64,000 bases of DNA from Caldisericaceae bacterium (GCA_049967855.1 JBMFRX010000001.1:118111-182110), one strand, 5' to 3'; positions 50,502 through 60,618 are shown, counted from the stretch's first letter. The notes: a model not told the origin generated them from the letters alone. Made by a program: numbers and translations.

Positions 50502-53500
50502 ATGGAGAATTTAAGGGACTTTACTAAAACAAAGGTAACACTTCCTCTTCCCAATCTTCTTGACGTTCAAGTTAAGTCGTTTGATAAATTCCTCAACGAA
50601 GGAATTGGCAATATACTTGACAAGATTTTTCCTATTGACACTAAGAATATAGCGGTTGAGTACATTAGTTACTCGGTTGATAAGCCCATTAGAAACGTTG
50701 AGGATTGCTTCAGAGTAGGAGCTACTTACGAGGCAAGAGTCAATGCTCGTTTTAGGATGATATTTAAGAACACTGGGGAGATAAAAGAACAGGAAGTATA
50801 CGTAGCTGACCTTCCTATGATGTTGAATGATGGTTCATTTGTAATTAACGGAAGGAAGAGAGTTGTTGTACAACAGCTTATACGTTCTCCAGGCATATTT
50901 TTCCAGTCGTCTAAAGATCCAGATACCTCTGTAATAAACTACGTTGTAACAATAATTCCAGACAGGGGCAACTGGATGGAAATAGAAGTAGGAAGGGATA
51001 ATGTTTTATACGCGCGATTGAAAAAGAAAATGAGGAAGATTCCTTTGACAGTCGCATTGAAAGCAGTCGGTTTTAAGTCCAATGAAGAGATTATTTCCAC
51101 CTTTCAAAGACCAATGACCGTGGAAGTCCTTACAACGTCTCCTTTTTCATATGAATTGGCTCTAAATAAACAGCTTCTTGAAGACCTGAAAACAAGTTCT
51201 GGCAAGCTCATTGCTAACAAAGGGGATGTATTTACCGAAGAAGTGATAAAAAAACTTGTAGAAGCTGGCATTGATAAAGTTTCAGTGAAGGTTTTTGGTG
51301 TTGACTATTGGGTTGAGCAAACTCTTAAGAAAGACAGAACAAACAATCGAGATGAGGCTATTGTTGAGATTTACAAAATATTTCATCCTCGCGAGAGGGT
51401 CACTATTGACGCGGCAAGAGAACTCGTTGACGGTCTTTTGAGCGATCCTACAAGGAACGAATATTTCCCCGTTTCCCGTTACAAAATTAACAAGAAGTTT
51501 GGCAGAGATTCTTCTGATAAAATACTTACAAAGGAAGACTATACTGATACGCTTAATTACCTGCTTGATATTCGGGAAGGAATTAGAAAAGAAGACGATA
51601 TTGATAGCCTTTCAAACAGAAGAATAAGAACGGTTGGAGAACTCGTAGCGGAAGAATTCGAACGTGGAATTGCTAAAGTTCATAGAAACGCAAAGGATAG
51701 AATTTCAATTTCTAAACCCGAGGATGTGAAGCTTTCTGAAGTTATTAGTGCAAAAGCAATCTCTGGGCAGTTGAGACAATTCTTTGGTGCAAGCCAACTG
51801 TCTCAGTTTATGGAAGAAACCAATCCTCTTGCTGCTTTGACTCACAAAAGGCGGCTCAGCTCACTTGGCGCTGGAGGGTTGCATAGAAATAGAGCAGGGG
51901 TTGAGGTCAGAGATGTTCACTCATCTCACTATAGCAGAATTTGCCCTATTGAAACACCTGAGGGTCAGAACATAGGACTTATAAATTCTCTTACTACTTA
52001 TGCAAGTGTAAACGAATATGGTTTCATAACCGCTCCCTATAGAAAGGTCAAAAATGGTGTCGTTAAGGAAGAATATGTTTCTCTTACTGCCGATGAAGAG
52101 GAGAATTATATTATTGCTCAGGCAGATACTCCAGTTGACAAAAAAGGTCACATTGTCAATGATTATGTAATTGCAAGAGAGAGAACTGAGTCTGGCGAAA
52201 TTCTGCCACGATTAGTGCACAAAGACAAAGTTCACCTTATGGACATAACTCCTCAGCAGGTGATAAGCGCATCTGCTTCTCTCATTCCTTTTCTTGATCA
52301 CGATGATGGAAACAGAGCTTTAATGGGATGCAATATGCAACGACAGAGCGTACCCTTGCTTGAACCAGATTTACCGCGCGTTTCTACAGGAATGGAGAAG
52401 AGAGTAGCCATTGACAATATGGACCTACCGTTTGCTGAAGAAGATGGTATAGTATCCTACGTTTCTTCATCTGAAGTACGCATTGTTCCTGATGATGCCG
52501 AAGAAGAGGTTTTCTCGGTTTACAGAGAGGCTAAAGATCTCAAAGCAAACCTTCTAAACAGAATAAAACAGAAGGAAATTGTGCTTTTTGATTTCAAACC
52601 AGAAATTGAAGAATATTCTAAATTTATTGGTGAAAGGTTAACTAGCTCATTGATTGACAAGTTGATAAGTAAAGGAATTGAAGAGATTTCTATCATAGAG
52701 GCTGAAAAGATTCAGAAGTTTTCAATAACAAGCTGCTTTGGCCCTGAGAAGAACGAGCTTCTTCTTGGAGAAACTGCAGCTGAAGATGTAGTAACTAAGA
52801 AGAATAAAGTGCTTGTTGAGGCAGGACAAAAAATATCAGATACAAAGCTGAACAGGCTTTTTACAAGCAATATCAGGTCTATAAAGGTTGAAAGCGAAGG
52901 CGGGGTTATCGAAAAACCAGTTTTCTATCTCACTCTTACCCCTGTTGGGGCAAATATAATTTCCAAAAGTCTCTATGGAACTATGATTAATGGCAAGAAG
53001 AGTGTCGGTTTTGTTCCAGAAATTACCAAAGATTTGTTGGAATCATTTTACAGCAGCGGTATAACTGATGTTCTTGTTTTTTCTCCTGCAGAAGTCGAGA
53101 AATTCTTCCTTGGCAAAGTTAACTTTGATATAGCTGATAGGGTTGTCTCGAAAGATTACTACACAGAAGGTTCTTCTAAGAAGTTAATCGTAAGAGCTGG
53201 CGATATATTGAGTGTTGATTCTATGCGCAAGCTTGCAGAAGAAGGAATAACAAAAGTAAGTGTCAAAAAAGAGAAAGTCTATACTCTCAAGAAATTTAGA
53301 AGAACCAATCAGGATACCTGTAGAAATGAAAGGCCTATTGTTTATAAAGGTCAAAGAATTAGCAAGGGTATGCCTATTGCTGATGGTTATGCTACTAAGG
53401 ATGGGGAGCTTGCTCTTGGAATAAACGTTCTTGTAGCATATATATCATGGTATGGATTCAATTATCAGGATGCAGTCATCGTAAGCAGAAGATTGGTTAG

Positions 53501-54689
53501 CGACGATAAGCTTACTTCAATACATATCAAAGAGTATCAGGTTGAAGTGCATGACACAGAACAAGGGCCAGAAGAACTTACCCCTGACCCGCCCGATGTT
53601 TCCAAGGAATCAAAGCGTTTTCTTGATGAGAATGGAATCGTTAAAGTTGGCTCTAAAGTAGTGCCAGGCACAATTCTTGTAGGCAAGATTACCCCTTTCC
53701 CTGAAGAAGAAGAAACAAATGAAGCTAAACTCTTTAGGACGCTATTCAGCAACAGGCCAGGAAACATAAAGAATAGCTCTTTCAGAGTTCCGCCTGGAGA
53801 GGATGGGACGGTTGTTGACGTTCAAGTATTTTCAAGAGAAGATGGTTACGAACTTGCTAAGAATGCTATTAAGATAATCAAAATTTTCATTGCCAAAAAA
53901 CGTAAAATAATCGTTGGTGATAAGGTTGCAGGAAGGCACGGAAACAAGGGTGTAATTAGTAAGATTGCATCTGAAGAAGACTTGCCATACCTCGAAGATG
54001 GGACAGTTGTCGATGTTGTCTTGAATCCTCTTGGAGTTCCTTCGAGGATGAATATCGGGCAGCTTTTGGAAACGAACATCGGATTAGCAGCAAGGCAGCT
54101 GAATATAAGGGTAATTACTCCTTCATTCGGAGGAGCCTCTGAAAAGGATGTTAAGTCCCTTTTGAAAGATTCCAATATGCCCACCAGCGGACAATTCCTT
54201 GTTTATGATGGTAGAACTGGTCAGCCATTTGACTACAAAGTCACTGTTGGAGAATCGTACCTTCTTAAATTGAATCACCTTGCTGAAGATAAGATACACG
54301 CACGTTCTGTTGGCAAGTATACGTTAATTACCCAGCAGCCAGTTGGAGGAAAAGCACAGTTCGGTGGACAGAGACTCGGAGAAATGGAGGTCTGGGCACT
54401 TGAAGCATATGGTGCAGCAAATCTGTTACAGGAAATGATGACCATCAAATCTGACGATATTGACGGAAGAAAGCGGGCCTATGAAGAAATTTCTAAAGGT
54501 AATACTATGTTTAGTACGGGAATACCTGAGTCTTTCAACGTGCTTCAGAGAGGTTTGAGAGGTCTTGCTCTTGAGCTGAAGACGCTTCCTGAGGTTAAGA
54601 AGGAAAGGCCAAAAACAATTAACCTTGTTCCAAAGCAAACAAAGATAATTTTAAATAGAAAAGACAAGGAGGAAATTAATGAAAATTAA
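50502..54689 (+). CDS. rpoB: DNA-directed RNA polymerase beta subunit
   Basis: SQLSQFM...THKRR, CPIETPEG.NIGL, NMQRQ, GDK.AGRHGNKG, GGQRLGEME. Confidence 0.98.
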   Translation: MENLRDFTKTKVTLPLPNLLDVQVKSFDKFLNEGIGNILDKIFPIDTKNIAVEYISYSVDKPIRNVEDCFRVGATYEARVNARFRMIFKNTGEIKEQEVYVADLPMMLNDGSFVINGRKRVVVQQLIRSPGIFFQSSKDPDTSVINYVVTIIPDRGNWMEIEVGRDNVLYARLKKKMRKIPLTVALKAVGFKSNEEIISTFQRPMTVEVLTTSPFSYELALNKQLLEDLKTSSGKLIANKGDVFTEEVIKKLVEAGIDKVSVKVFGVDYWVEQTLKKDRTNNRDEAIVEIYKIFHPRERVTIDAARELVDGLLSDPTRNEYFPVSRYKINKKFGRDSSDKILTKEDYTDTLNYLLDIREGIRKEDDIDSLSNRRIRTVGELVAEEFERGIAKVHRNAKDRISISKPEDVKLSEVISAKAISGQLRQFFGASQLSQFMEETNPLAALTHKRRLSSLGAGGLHRNRAGVEVRDVHSSHYSRICPIETPEGQNIGLINSLTTYASVNEYGFITAPYRKVKNGVVKEEYVSLTADEEENYIIAQADTPVDKKGHIVNDYVIARERTESGEILPRLVHKDKVHLMDITPQQVISASASLIPFLDHDDGNRALMGCNMQRQSVPLLEPDLPRVSTGMEKRVAIDNMDLPFAEEDGIVSYVSSSEVRIVPDDAEEEVFSVYREAKDLKANLLNRIKQKEIVLFDFKPEIEEYSKFIGERLTSSLIDKLISKGIEEISIIEAEKIQKFSITSCFGPEKNELLLGETAAEDVVTKKNKVLVEAGQKISDTKLNRLFTSNIRSIKVESEGGVIEKPVFYLTLTPVGANIISKSLYGTMINGKKSVGFVPEITKDLLESFYSSGITDVLVFSPAEVEKFFLGKVNFDIADRVVSKDYYTEGSSKKLIVRAGDILSVDSMRKLAEEGITKVSVKKEKVYTLKKFRRTNQDTCRNERPIVYKGQRISKGMPIADGYATKDGELALGINVLVAYISWYGFNYQDAVIVSRRLVSDDKLTSIHIKEYQVEVHDTEQGPEELTPDPPDVSKESKRFLDENGIVKVGSKVVPGTILVGKITPFPEEEETNEAKLFRTLFSNRPGNIKNSSFRVPPGEDGTVVDVQVFSREDGYELAKNAIKIIKIFIAKKRKIIVGDKVAGRHGNKGVISKIASEEDLPYLEDGTVVDVVLNPLGVPSRMNIGQLLETNIGLAARQLNIRVITPSFGGASEKDVKSLLKDSNMPTSGQFLVYDGRTGQPFDYKVTVGESYLLKLNHLAEDKIHARSVGKYTLITQQPVGGKAQFGGQRLGEMEVWALEAYGAANLLQEMMTIKSDDIDGRKRAYEEISKGNTMFSTGIPESFNVLQRGLRGLALELKTLPEVKKERPKTINLVPKQTKIILNRKDKEEINEN

Positions 54690-56715
54690 TGAAACCAACC
54701 TCATCAGGAATTTGGTTGTGCTGGCTCATGGAAACGCAGGAAAAACAACTCTTGCCGAAGCTATTCTTTTTAAGAAAAAGTTGACTCAGCGTATGGGTAG
54801 GGTGGAAGATGGCAACACAGTCTCTGATTACCAGCCTGAGGAAAAGGAACGTAAATTCAGTATAAGTCTTTCTGTTTTAAATTTTGAGCATAGAGGTGTT
54901 AAAGTTAATCTGCTTGATACCCCTGGCTATGCAGATTTTGTTGGCGAGGTGTTGAGTGGAATCAGTGCTTGCGAAAATGGATTAATGGTTATCAATGCTA
55001 CAAGCGGAATTGAAATTCAAACAATAAAATACTGGAAGTTGCTTGCAAATGCAAAAATGCCACGGGCTTTTTTTGTAAATAAGCTGGATGTTGAAGAAAC
55101 TGATTTCCTGAAAATTGTTGGTGAGCTGAGAGAGTCATTTGGTAATAGGGTAATACCGTTCTCTATGCCTGTTTATTCAGATGGGAAGCTTGCCAAAGTT
55201 GCAAGCGTATTTGGAGAAAACTCCCCCTCAGAGGCAGAGGGTTATAGAAAAGAACTTCTTGAGATAGCTGCCGAAGGTGATGACTCTCTTCTTGAAAAAT
55301 ACCTTGGAGGAGAGGAACTAACTGCTGAAGAAGTTGCAAAAGGTCTTAAGAAAGCTTTCATTTCTGGGTCATTTTTCCCAGTTTTTGCAGGTTCAGCCTC
55401 TCTGACTATTGGAGTTGATGAGTTACTTGATTTTGTTATTGATTTTATGGTTAGCCCGTCTGATATGGTAATTGCCACAGGTACTAATCCTCAGACAAAT
55501 GAGAAAGAAGAGAGAAAAATTTCAAAAGAAGAAAGCTTATCTGCATTTGTATTTAAGACTTTAAGTGATCCGTATGTTGGCAAGCTATCTTTTACAAAGG
55601 TCATTTCAGGTATTCTTAAATCTAATGCTACTGTTTACAACTCATCGAAAGATGCTATTGAAAAGACTGCTCAGATTGCTTTCCTTAATGGAAGTACTCA
55701 GGAGCCTGTAGACGAGGTCATAGCTGGAGACATCTGTATCATTACCAAACTTACTGTGACCCAAACCAACGACACACTTTCTTCAAAGGAAAAGCCGATA
55801 GTTTATCAACGCATAAAATTTCCTACGCCTATGCTTGTGAAATCGATGAAACCTAAGACAAAAAATGACGAAGACAGAATGAGCATCGGGCTTTCTAAGG
55901 TTACTGATGAAGACCCAACTGTTGTCGTTTCCAAGAATGTTGAAACAAATGAGCAGCTTATCTCCGGAATCGGAGAAGCCCATCTATCTGTAATAATGGA
56001 AAAACTCAAATCGCGTTATGGAGTCAACATAGATTTGGCTACACCTACCGTTCCATACAGAGAGACAATAACGACCAAGGTAAAAGTTGAAGGTAAATAT
56101 AAAAAGCAAACAGGGGGACATGGTCAATACGGACATTGTATTCTTGAAGTGGAACCTCTCGAAAGAGGCAAGGAATACTCCTTTGAAAGTAAGATATTTG
56201 GAGGGTCCATCCCGAAACAATACATCCCTGCTATAGAGAAAGGTGTCAAAGATGCAATGGCAAAAGGTCAGTTGGCTGGCTATCCTGTAGTGGATGTTGG
56301 AGTTGCGGTAATGGATGGTTCTTATCACCCTGTGGATTCTTCGGAAATGGCTTTTAAAATTGCTGGTTCGATGGCACTTAAGAAGGCCCTTGAACAAGGA
56401 AATGCTATCTTGCTTGAACCAATTGCAAAGGTTTCAATTGTCGTTGATGAGAGATATATGGGTGATGTCATTGGAGACCTCAATTCTAAGAGAGGAAAAG
56501 TAATTGGAATGAAAGCCGAGAATGGTAAGCAGATCATTGATGCATATGTTCCACTTGCTGAGATACAGAACTATGCAAATGACCTCAATTCAATTACTCA
56601 GGGAACTGGTGAGTACTCTATGGAAATATCTCATTATGAACCGGTTCCACCTAAGACAGCTGAGAAGATAATTCAGGAATATCAAGCAAATAAGCAGCAG
56701 GAAGAAGAAGAGTAA
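54679..56715 (+). CDS. Elongation factor G paralogue (EF-G2-like)
   Basis: [65 protein letters not shown]. Confidence 0.92.
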   Translation: MKINETNLIRNLVVLAHGNAGKTTLAEAILFKKKLTQRMGRVEDGNTVSDYQPEEKERKFSISLSVLNFEHRGVKVNLLDTPGYADFVGEVLSGISACENGLMVINATSGIEIQTIKYWKLLANAKMPRAFFVNKLDVEETDFLKIVGELRESFGNRVIPFSMPVYSDGKLAKVASVFGENSPSEAEGYRKELLEIAAEGDDSLLEKYLGGEELTAEEVAKGLKKAFISGSFFPVFAGSASLTIGVDELLDFVIDFMVSPSDMVIATGTNPQTNEKEERKISKEESLSAFVFKTLSDPYVGKLSFTKVISGILKSNATVYNSSKDAIEKTAQIAFLNGSTQEPVDEVIAGDICIITKLTVTQTNDTLSSKEKPIVYQRIKFPTPMLVKSMKPKTKNDEDRMSIGLSKVTDEDPTVVVSKNVETNEQLISGIGEAHLSVIMEKLKSRYGVNIDLATPTVPYRETITTKVKVEGKYKKQTGGHGQYGHCILEVEPLERGKEYSFESKIFGGSIPKQYIPAIEKGVKDAMAKGQLAGYPVVDVGVAVMDGSYHPVDSSEMAFKIAGSMALKKALEQGNAILLEPIAKVSIVVDERYMGDVIGDLNSKRGKVIGMKAENGKQIIDAYVPLAEIQNYANDLNSITQGTGEYSMEISHYEPVPPKTAEKIIQEYQANKQQEEEE

Positions 56716-56733
56716 AATCGGGGGGGTGATTTT

Positions 56734-59700
56734 TTGGAAAATATAGATATTGAGGCTTTAAAGATACTCCTTGCTTCAAGCGAGGAGATGGAGGGATGGT
56801 CCCATGGAGAAGTGACCAAGGGTGAGACATACAGTTACAGGACATACTCACCAGAGCCAGATGGTCTTTTCTGCGAGAGGATTTTTGGGCCAGTTCATAG
56901 TTACCAGTGCCATTGCGGAAAGCTTAAAGGGCCACAGTACAAAGGACTCATCTGTTCAAATTGCGGAGTTGAGATACTGCCTTCAAGCGTAAGGAGAGAG
57001 CGGTTTGGCCACATCAAACTTGCTGCCCCTGTTGTTCATATCTGGTATTTTAAGAACAATATTAATTACGTAGGTTTGCTTCTTGATATGGCAGCAAGAG
57101 ATATAGAAAAAGTTATTTACTATGTTTCTTATGTTGTAATCGATCCTAAGAAAACAAAACTTAGATACAAACAGATTTTGTCCGATGAAGAATATCTTAC
57201 TTACAAAAACGAGAACCTTGATTTTGTTGCAAAAAAGGGCGGACAAGCAATAAAAGAGCTCTTAGAACATGTCGATATGAAGAAGCTCAAGGATTCTGCA
57301 CTTGAAAAGTTGAATGGAAATGCTAAACATGATAAGGTAAACGCAGTAAGGTTGCTAAGTGTTGTCGAGGGGCTTATTCAAAACGACAGAAAGCCTTCCG
57401 ATATGGTGCTAACAATAGTGCCAGTTATACCCCCAGACCTCAGGCCTCTTGTTCCTCTTGAAGGTGGAAAGTATGCCTCTGATGATTTGAACGAGCTCTA
57501 TAGAAGAGTTATTAACAGAAACAACAGGTTGAAGAGACTCTACGAAGTTAACGCACCTGACATTATGCTTGAAAACGAAAAAAGGATGCTACAGGAGTCT
57601 GTTGATGCACTGTTTGACAATAGCAGAAGAGCTTTTCCAGTTCTCAGCTCTACTAGAAAGCCTTTGAGGTCCCTCACTGATATTCTTAAGGGTAAAGAGG
57701 GGCGATTCAGAGAAAATTTGCTTGGCAAGAGAGTGGATTACTCAGGCAGGGCAGTTATCGTGGTTGGTCCTGACCTCAAGTTGGATCAATGCGGCGTTCC
57801 TAAAGAGATGGCCCTTGAACTTTTCAAGCCATTTGTAATATACGAGCTCTCTAAACTTGGTATTAACAAAAGGAGAGCAAAGGAAATAGTTGAAAATCCT
57901 ACTCCTGATGTATGGAAAACTCTTGAAGATATTTCTAGGAATTATGTGGTTCTCTTGAATAGAGCCCCAACCCTTCACAGGTTAAGTATCCAGGCTTTTA
58001 AGCCTGTGTTGATTGAAGGAAAGGCCTTACAAATATCGCCTCTCGTATGCACACCGTTTAATGCAGACTTTGATGGTGACCAGATGGCAATTCACCTTCC
58101 ACTTTCAGTTTCGGCACAAACAGAAGCGAAACTGCTGATGCTGTCATCTCACAACATCCTTTCGCCTGCACACGGAGAACCCCTGGATACGCCTGTTCAG
58201 GATATGGTTCTTGGAGTCTATTATCTTACTCTCGAAGACAAGAGCAGAGAGCCTTATGGAAAACTTCTTGATAATCCTTTCGAAGTCGAAGTGCTTTATG
58301 AGAAAGGGGTTTTAAAGCTTCATGACAGGATAAAATTCGTTGTCAACGGGGAGAAATTGGTAACAACCGTTGGAAGAGTTCTTTTTAACACAAAAGTTAG
58401 AGAGGGGATTTTTGAAAGCGGTGACCTTGAGAGTTTCCCTTTCATAAACAAGACTGTTGATAAAAAAGTTATGCAGAATATTATTTCGCAGTTCTACGAT
58501 GATTTTGGATTGGTTAAAACAGATATTCTTCTTGACAACCTAAAGGAACTTGGTTTTAATTATGCTACTTTTGGAGGAGTAAGTATAGGAATTGACGACA
58601 TAAAAATACCTGTTAAAAGAGACAAGCTCGTAGACGAAGGAGAGTCTCAGACAAAGAAAGTCAATGAAAGCTATGAGAATGGACTCAGAACCGAGAGTGA
58701 CCGCTACAAAACAGTCGTAGATGTGTGGCAGAATATTGCAAAAGAAGTTGAAGAAGCTGTATTTTCGAACTTTGGCGATTTCGACCCACTTTTTATGATG
58801 GCAAATTCTGGAGCAAGAGGTAGTAAAACTCAGATCACTCAAATGGCGGGAATGCGAGGTTTAATGTCGGGTCCAACAGGAAAAGTAATTGAATTCCCTA
58901 TTAAGTCTAACCTGAGGGAAGGCTTGACCGTGCTTGAGTATTTTCTTTCTACTCATGGCGCGCGTAAAGGACAAGCAGATACTGCTCTTAAGACAGCTGA
59001 CTCGGGTTATCTCACCAGAAGGCTTGTTGATGTGGCGCATGAGATTATTGTCAAAGAAGATGATTGTTCGATAAGGAAAGTTTCTATAACAAAAGTTGGT
59101 GATGAAATTATTGAGAAACTCTCCGACAAGGTTATTGGGAAGATATCTGCTTCAGATATTAAGAACCCTCTTCTGCCGAATACGTTGTTGATTCATAAGG
59201 GAGATGTTATTAGTTTAGAGCAGGCTCAACTTCTTGATAAGTTTAACATTGAGTCTATATTGGTAGAGGATCCGATAAATGGAATCGAGGTTGAAGCTGT
59301 GCTTGAAAACGGAGATCAATCTAAGCCAGTTATTTCTTTGTCTGAACAGATATGGGGAAGATATACCGCAGAAGATATTTTTGCTCCGAGCAGTGAGATT
59401 AAAATGAAAGTTTCCAAAAATATTTTGAATAAATCACTTGCAGAAGACGTAATTGATAAGAATACTGGAGAAATTCTTGCAGAGAAAAATTCAATTATTA
59501 CTGAAGAAATGATAAATAATTTCAAGAAAAACAAGATAACAGAGTTGCTAGTCTTTGAAAGTCCTGTCCTTATCGTTGGCAGGAACGAACTCATTGATTT
59601 TGAGAAGGCAAAGAAGATAGAGGCTGCTGGTGTTAAGAAAGTCAAAATTCGGTCACCTATAACATGCAACAGCGAGCATGGTGTTTGCTCAAAGTGCTAT

Positions 59701-60555
59701 GGGCTTGACCTTTCTTCTCGCGAAGAGGTGAAGGTTGGAGAAGCTGTCGGAGTCGTTGCAGCTGAATCTATTGGAGAACCAGGTACTCAATTAACCTTAA
59801 GGACATTCCATACAGGTGGAGTCGCTGCGGAGGATATAACTCAAGGTTTGCCAAGAGTAGAAGAGCTCTTTAGTGCAAGAAGCCCGAAAGGAAAAGCTAT
59901 TATTTCTCCTCTCTCAGGTCAAGTTGAAATTACTATCGATAAAGTGAAGCAAACTATTTCTATTGTTGGTAAGAATGGAGAGAAATCGAAAGTTGTTGCC
60001 CCGCGTGACAAAAAACTGAAGATAAAAAGCGGCGATGAGGTAAAGGTGGGAGATGTGCTTAGCGATGGTTCTTTTGACCCCCATGAACTCCTTGAAATAA
60101 AGGGAGCAAATTTCACAGCGCGCTATCTTGTTGAAGAGATCGAAAGGGTTTATAAGTCGCAGGGTGTCGGTATAAATCCAAAGCATATTGAGATAATTAT
60201 CAAGAGAATGTTTGATAAAGTCCTTGTTCTCAATTCGGGAGACACTATTTTCTATGAAGGCGAAGTAGTCGACAAAGATGAAATACTTAAGGAAAACCGA
60301 CGAATAAGGGCAATAGGTAAGAACATTGCAGTTTTTAAACCACTTGTCCAGGGTATCACTAAATCTGCTTTGTCGTCGGATAGCTTCCTTTCAGCAGCGT
60401 CGTTCCAGGAAACACCTCGAGTCCTTGCGGAAGCCGCGATAAAGGGTAAGGTTGACTTGCTCCGTGGTATGAAGGAATCAATTATAATAGGTAAGAAAAT
60501 CCCAGCTGGCACTAATTTGCATTTTGAGGAAGATAAAACTGAGAATGTTGACTAA
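56734..60555 (+). CDS. rpoC: DNA-directed RNA polymerase beta' subunit
   Basis: GLFCERIFGP zinc finger, LLGKRVDYSGR, NADFDGDQM, GEPGTQLT.RTFH, SAASFQET. Confidence 0.98.
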   Translation: MENIDIEALKILLASSEEMEGWSHGEVTKGETYSYRTYSPEPDGLFCERIFGPVHSYQCHCGKLKGPQYKGLICSNCGVEILPSSVRRERFGHIKLAAPVVHIWYFKNNINYVGLLLDMAARDIEKVIYYVSYVVIDPKKTKLRYKQILSDEEYLTYKNENLDFVAKKGGQAIKELLEHVDMKKLKDSALEKLNGNAKHDKVNAVRLLSVVEGLIQNDRKPSDMVLTIVPVIPPDLRPLVPLEGGKYASDDLNELYRRVINRNNRLKRLYEVNAPDIMLENEKRMLQESVDALFDNSRRAFPVLSSTRKPLRSLTDILKGKEGRFRENLLGKRVDYSGRAVIVVGPDLKLDQCGVPKEMALELFKPFVIYELSKLGINKRRAKEIVENPTPDVWKTLEDISRNYVVLLNRAPTLHRLSIQAFKPVLIEGKALQISPLVCTPFNADFDGDQMAIHLPLSVSAQTEAKLLMLSSHNILSPAHGEPLDTPVQDMVLGVYYLTLEDKSREPYGKLLDNPFEVEVLYEKGVLKLHDRIKFVVNGEKLVTTVGRVLFNTKVREGIFESGDLESFPFINKTVDKKVMQNIISQFYDDFGLVKTDILLDNLKELGFNYATFGGVSIGIDDIKIPVKRDKLVDEGESQTKKVNESYENGLRTESDRYKTVVDVWQNIAKEVEEAVFSNFGDFDPLFMMANSGARGSKTQITQMAGMRGLMSGPTGKVIEFPIKSNLREGLTVLEYFLSTHGARKGQADTALKTADSGYLTRRLVDVAHEIIVKEDDCSIRKVSITKVGDEIIEKLSDKVIGKISASDIKNPLLPNTLLIHKGDVISLEQAQLLDKFNIESILVEDPINGIEVEAVLENGDQSKPVISLSEQIWGRYTAEDIFAPSSEIKMKVSKNILNKSLAEDVIDKNTGEILAEKNSIITEEMINNFKKNKITELLVFESPVLIVGRNELIDFEKAKKIEAAGVKKVKIRSPITCNSEHGVCSKCYGLDLSSREEVKVGEAVGVVAAESIGEPGTQLTLRTFHTGGVAAEDITQGLPRVEELFSARSPKGKAIISPLSGQVEITIDKVKQTISIVGKNGEKSKVVAPRDKKLKIKSGDEVKVGDVLSDGSFDPHELLEIKGANFTARYLVEEIERVYKSQGVGINPKHIEIIIKRMFDKVLVLNSGDTIFYEGEVVDKDEILKENRRIRAIGKNIAVFKPLVQGITKSALSSDSFLSAASFQETPRVLAEAAIKGKVDLLRGMKESIIIGKKIPAGTNLHFEEDKTENVD

Positions 60556-60575
60556 TTTATTATTTTTGGTATAAT
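60548..60575 (+). promoter_or_regulatory. Sigma-70/A promoter of the str operon
   Basis: TTGACT-N16-TATAAT with TGn extended -10; the -35 overlaps the end of rpoC. Confidence 0.78.
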
Positions 60576-60618
60576 TATCACTTGTGTGATACAAAGGTAA
60601 GGAGGAAAAAGAAAATTT

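Noticed and set aside
52490..53270. Intein in RpoB
   Set aside because: No Cys/Ser start with His-Asn end and no LAGLIDADG motif; the insert consists of RNAP-type modules.
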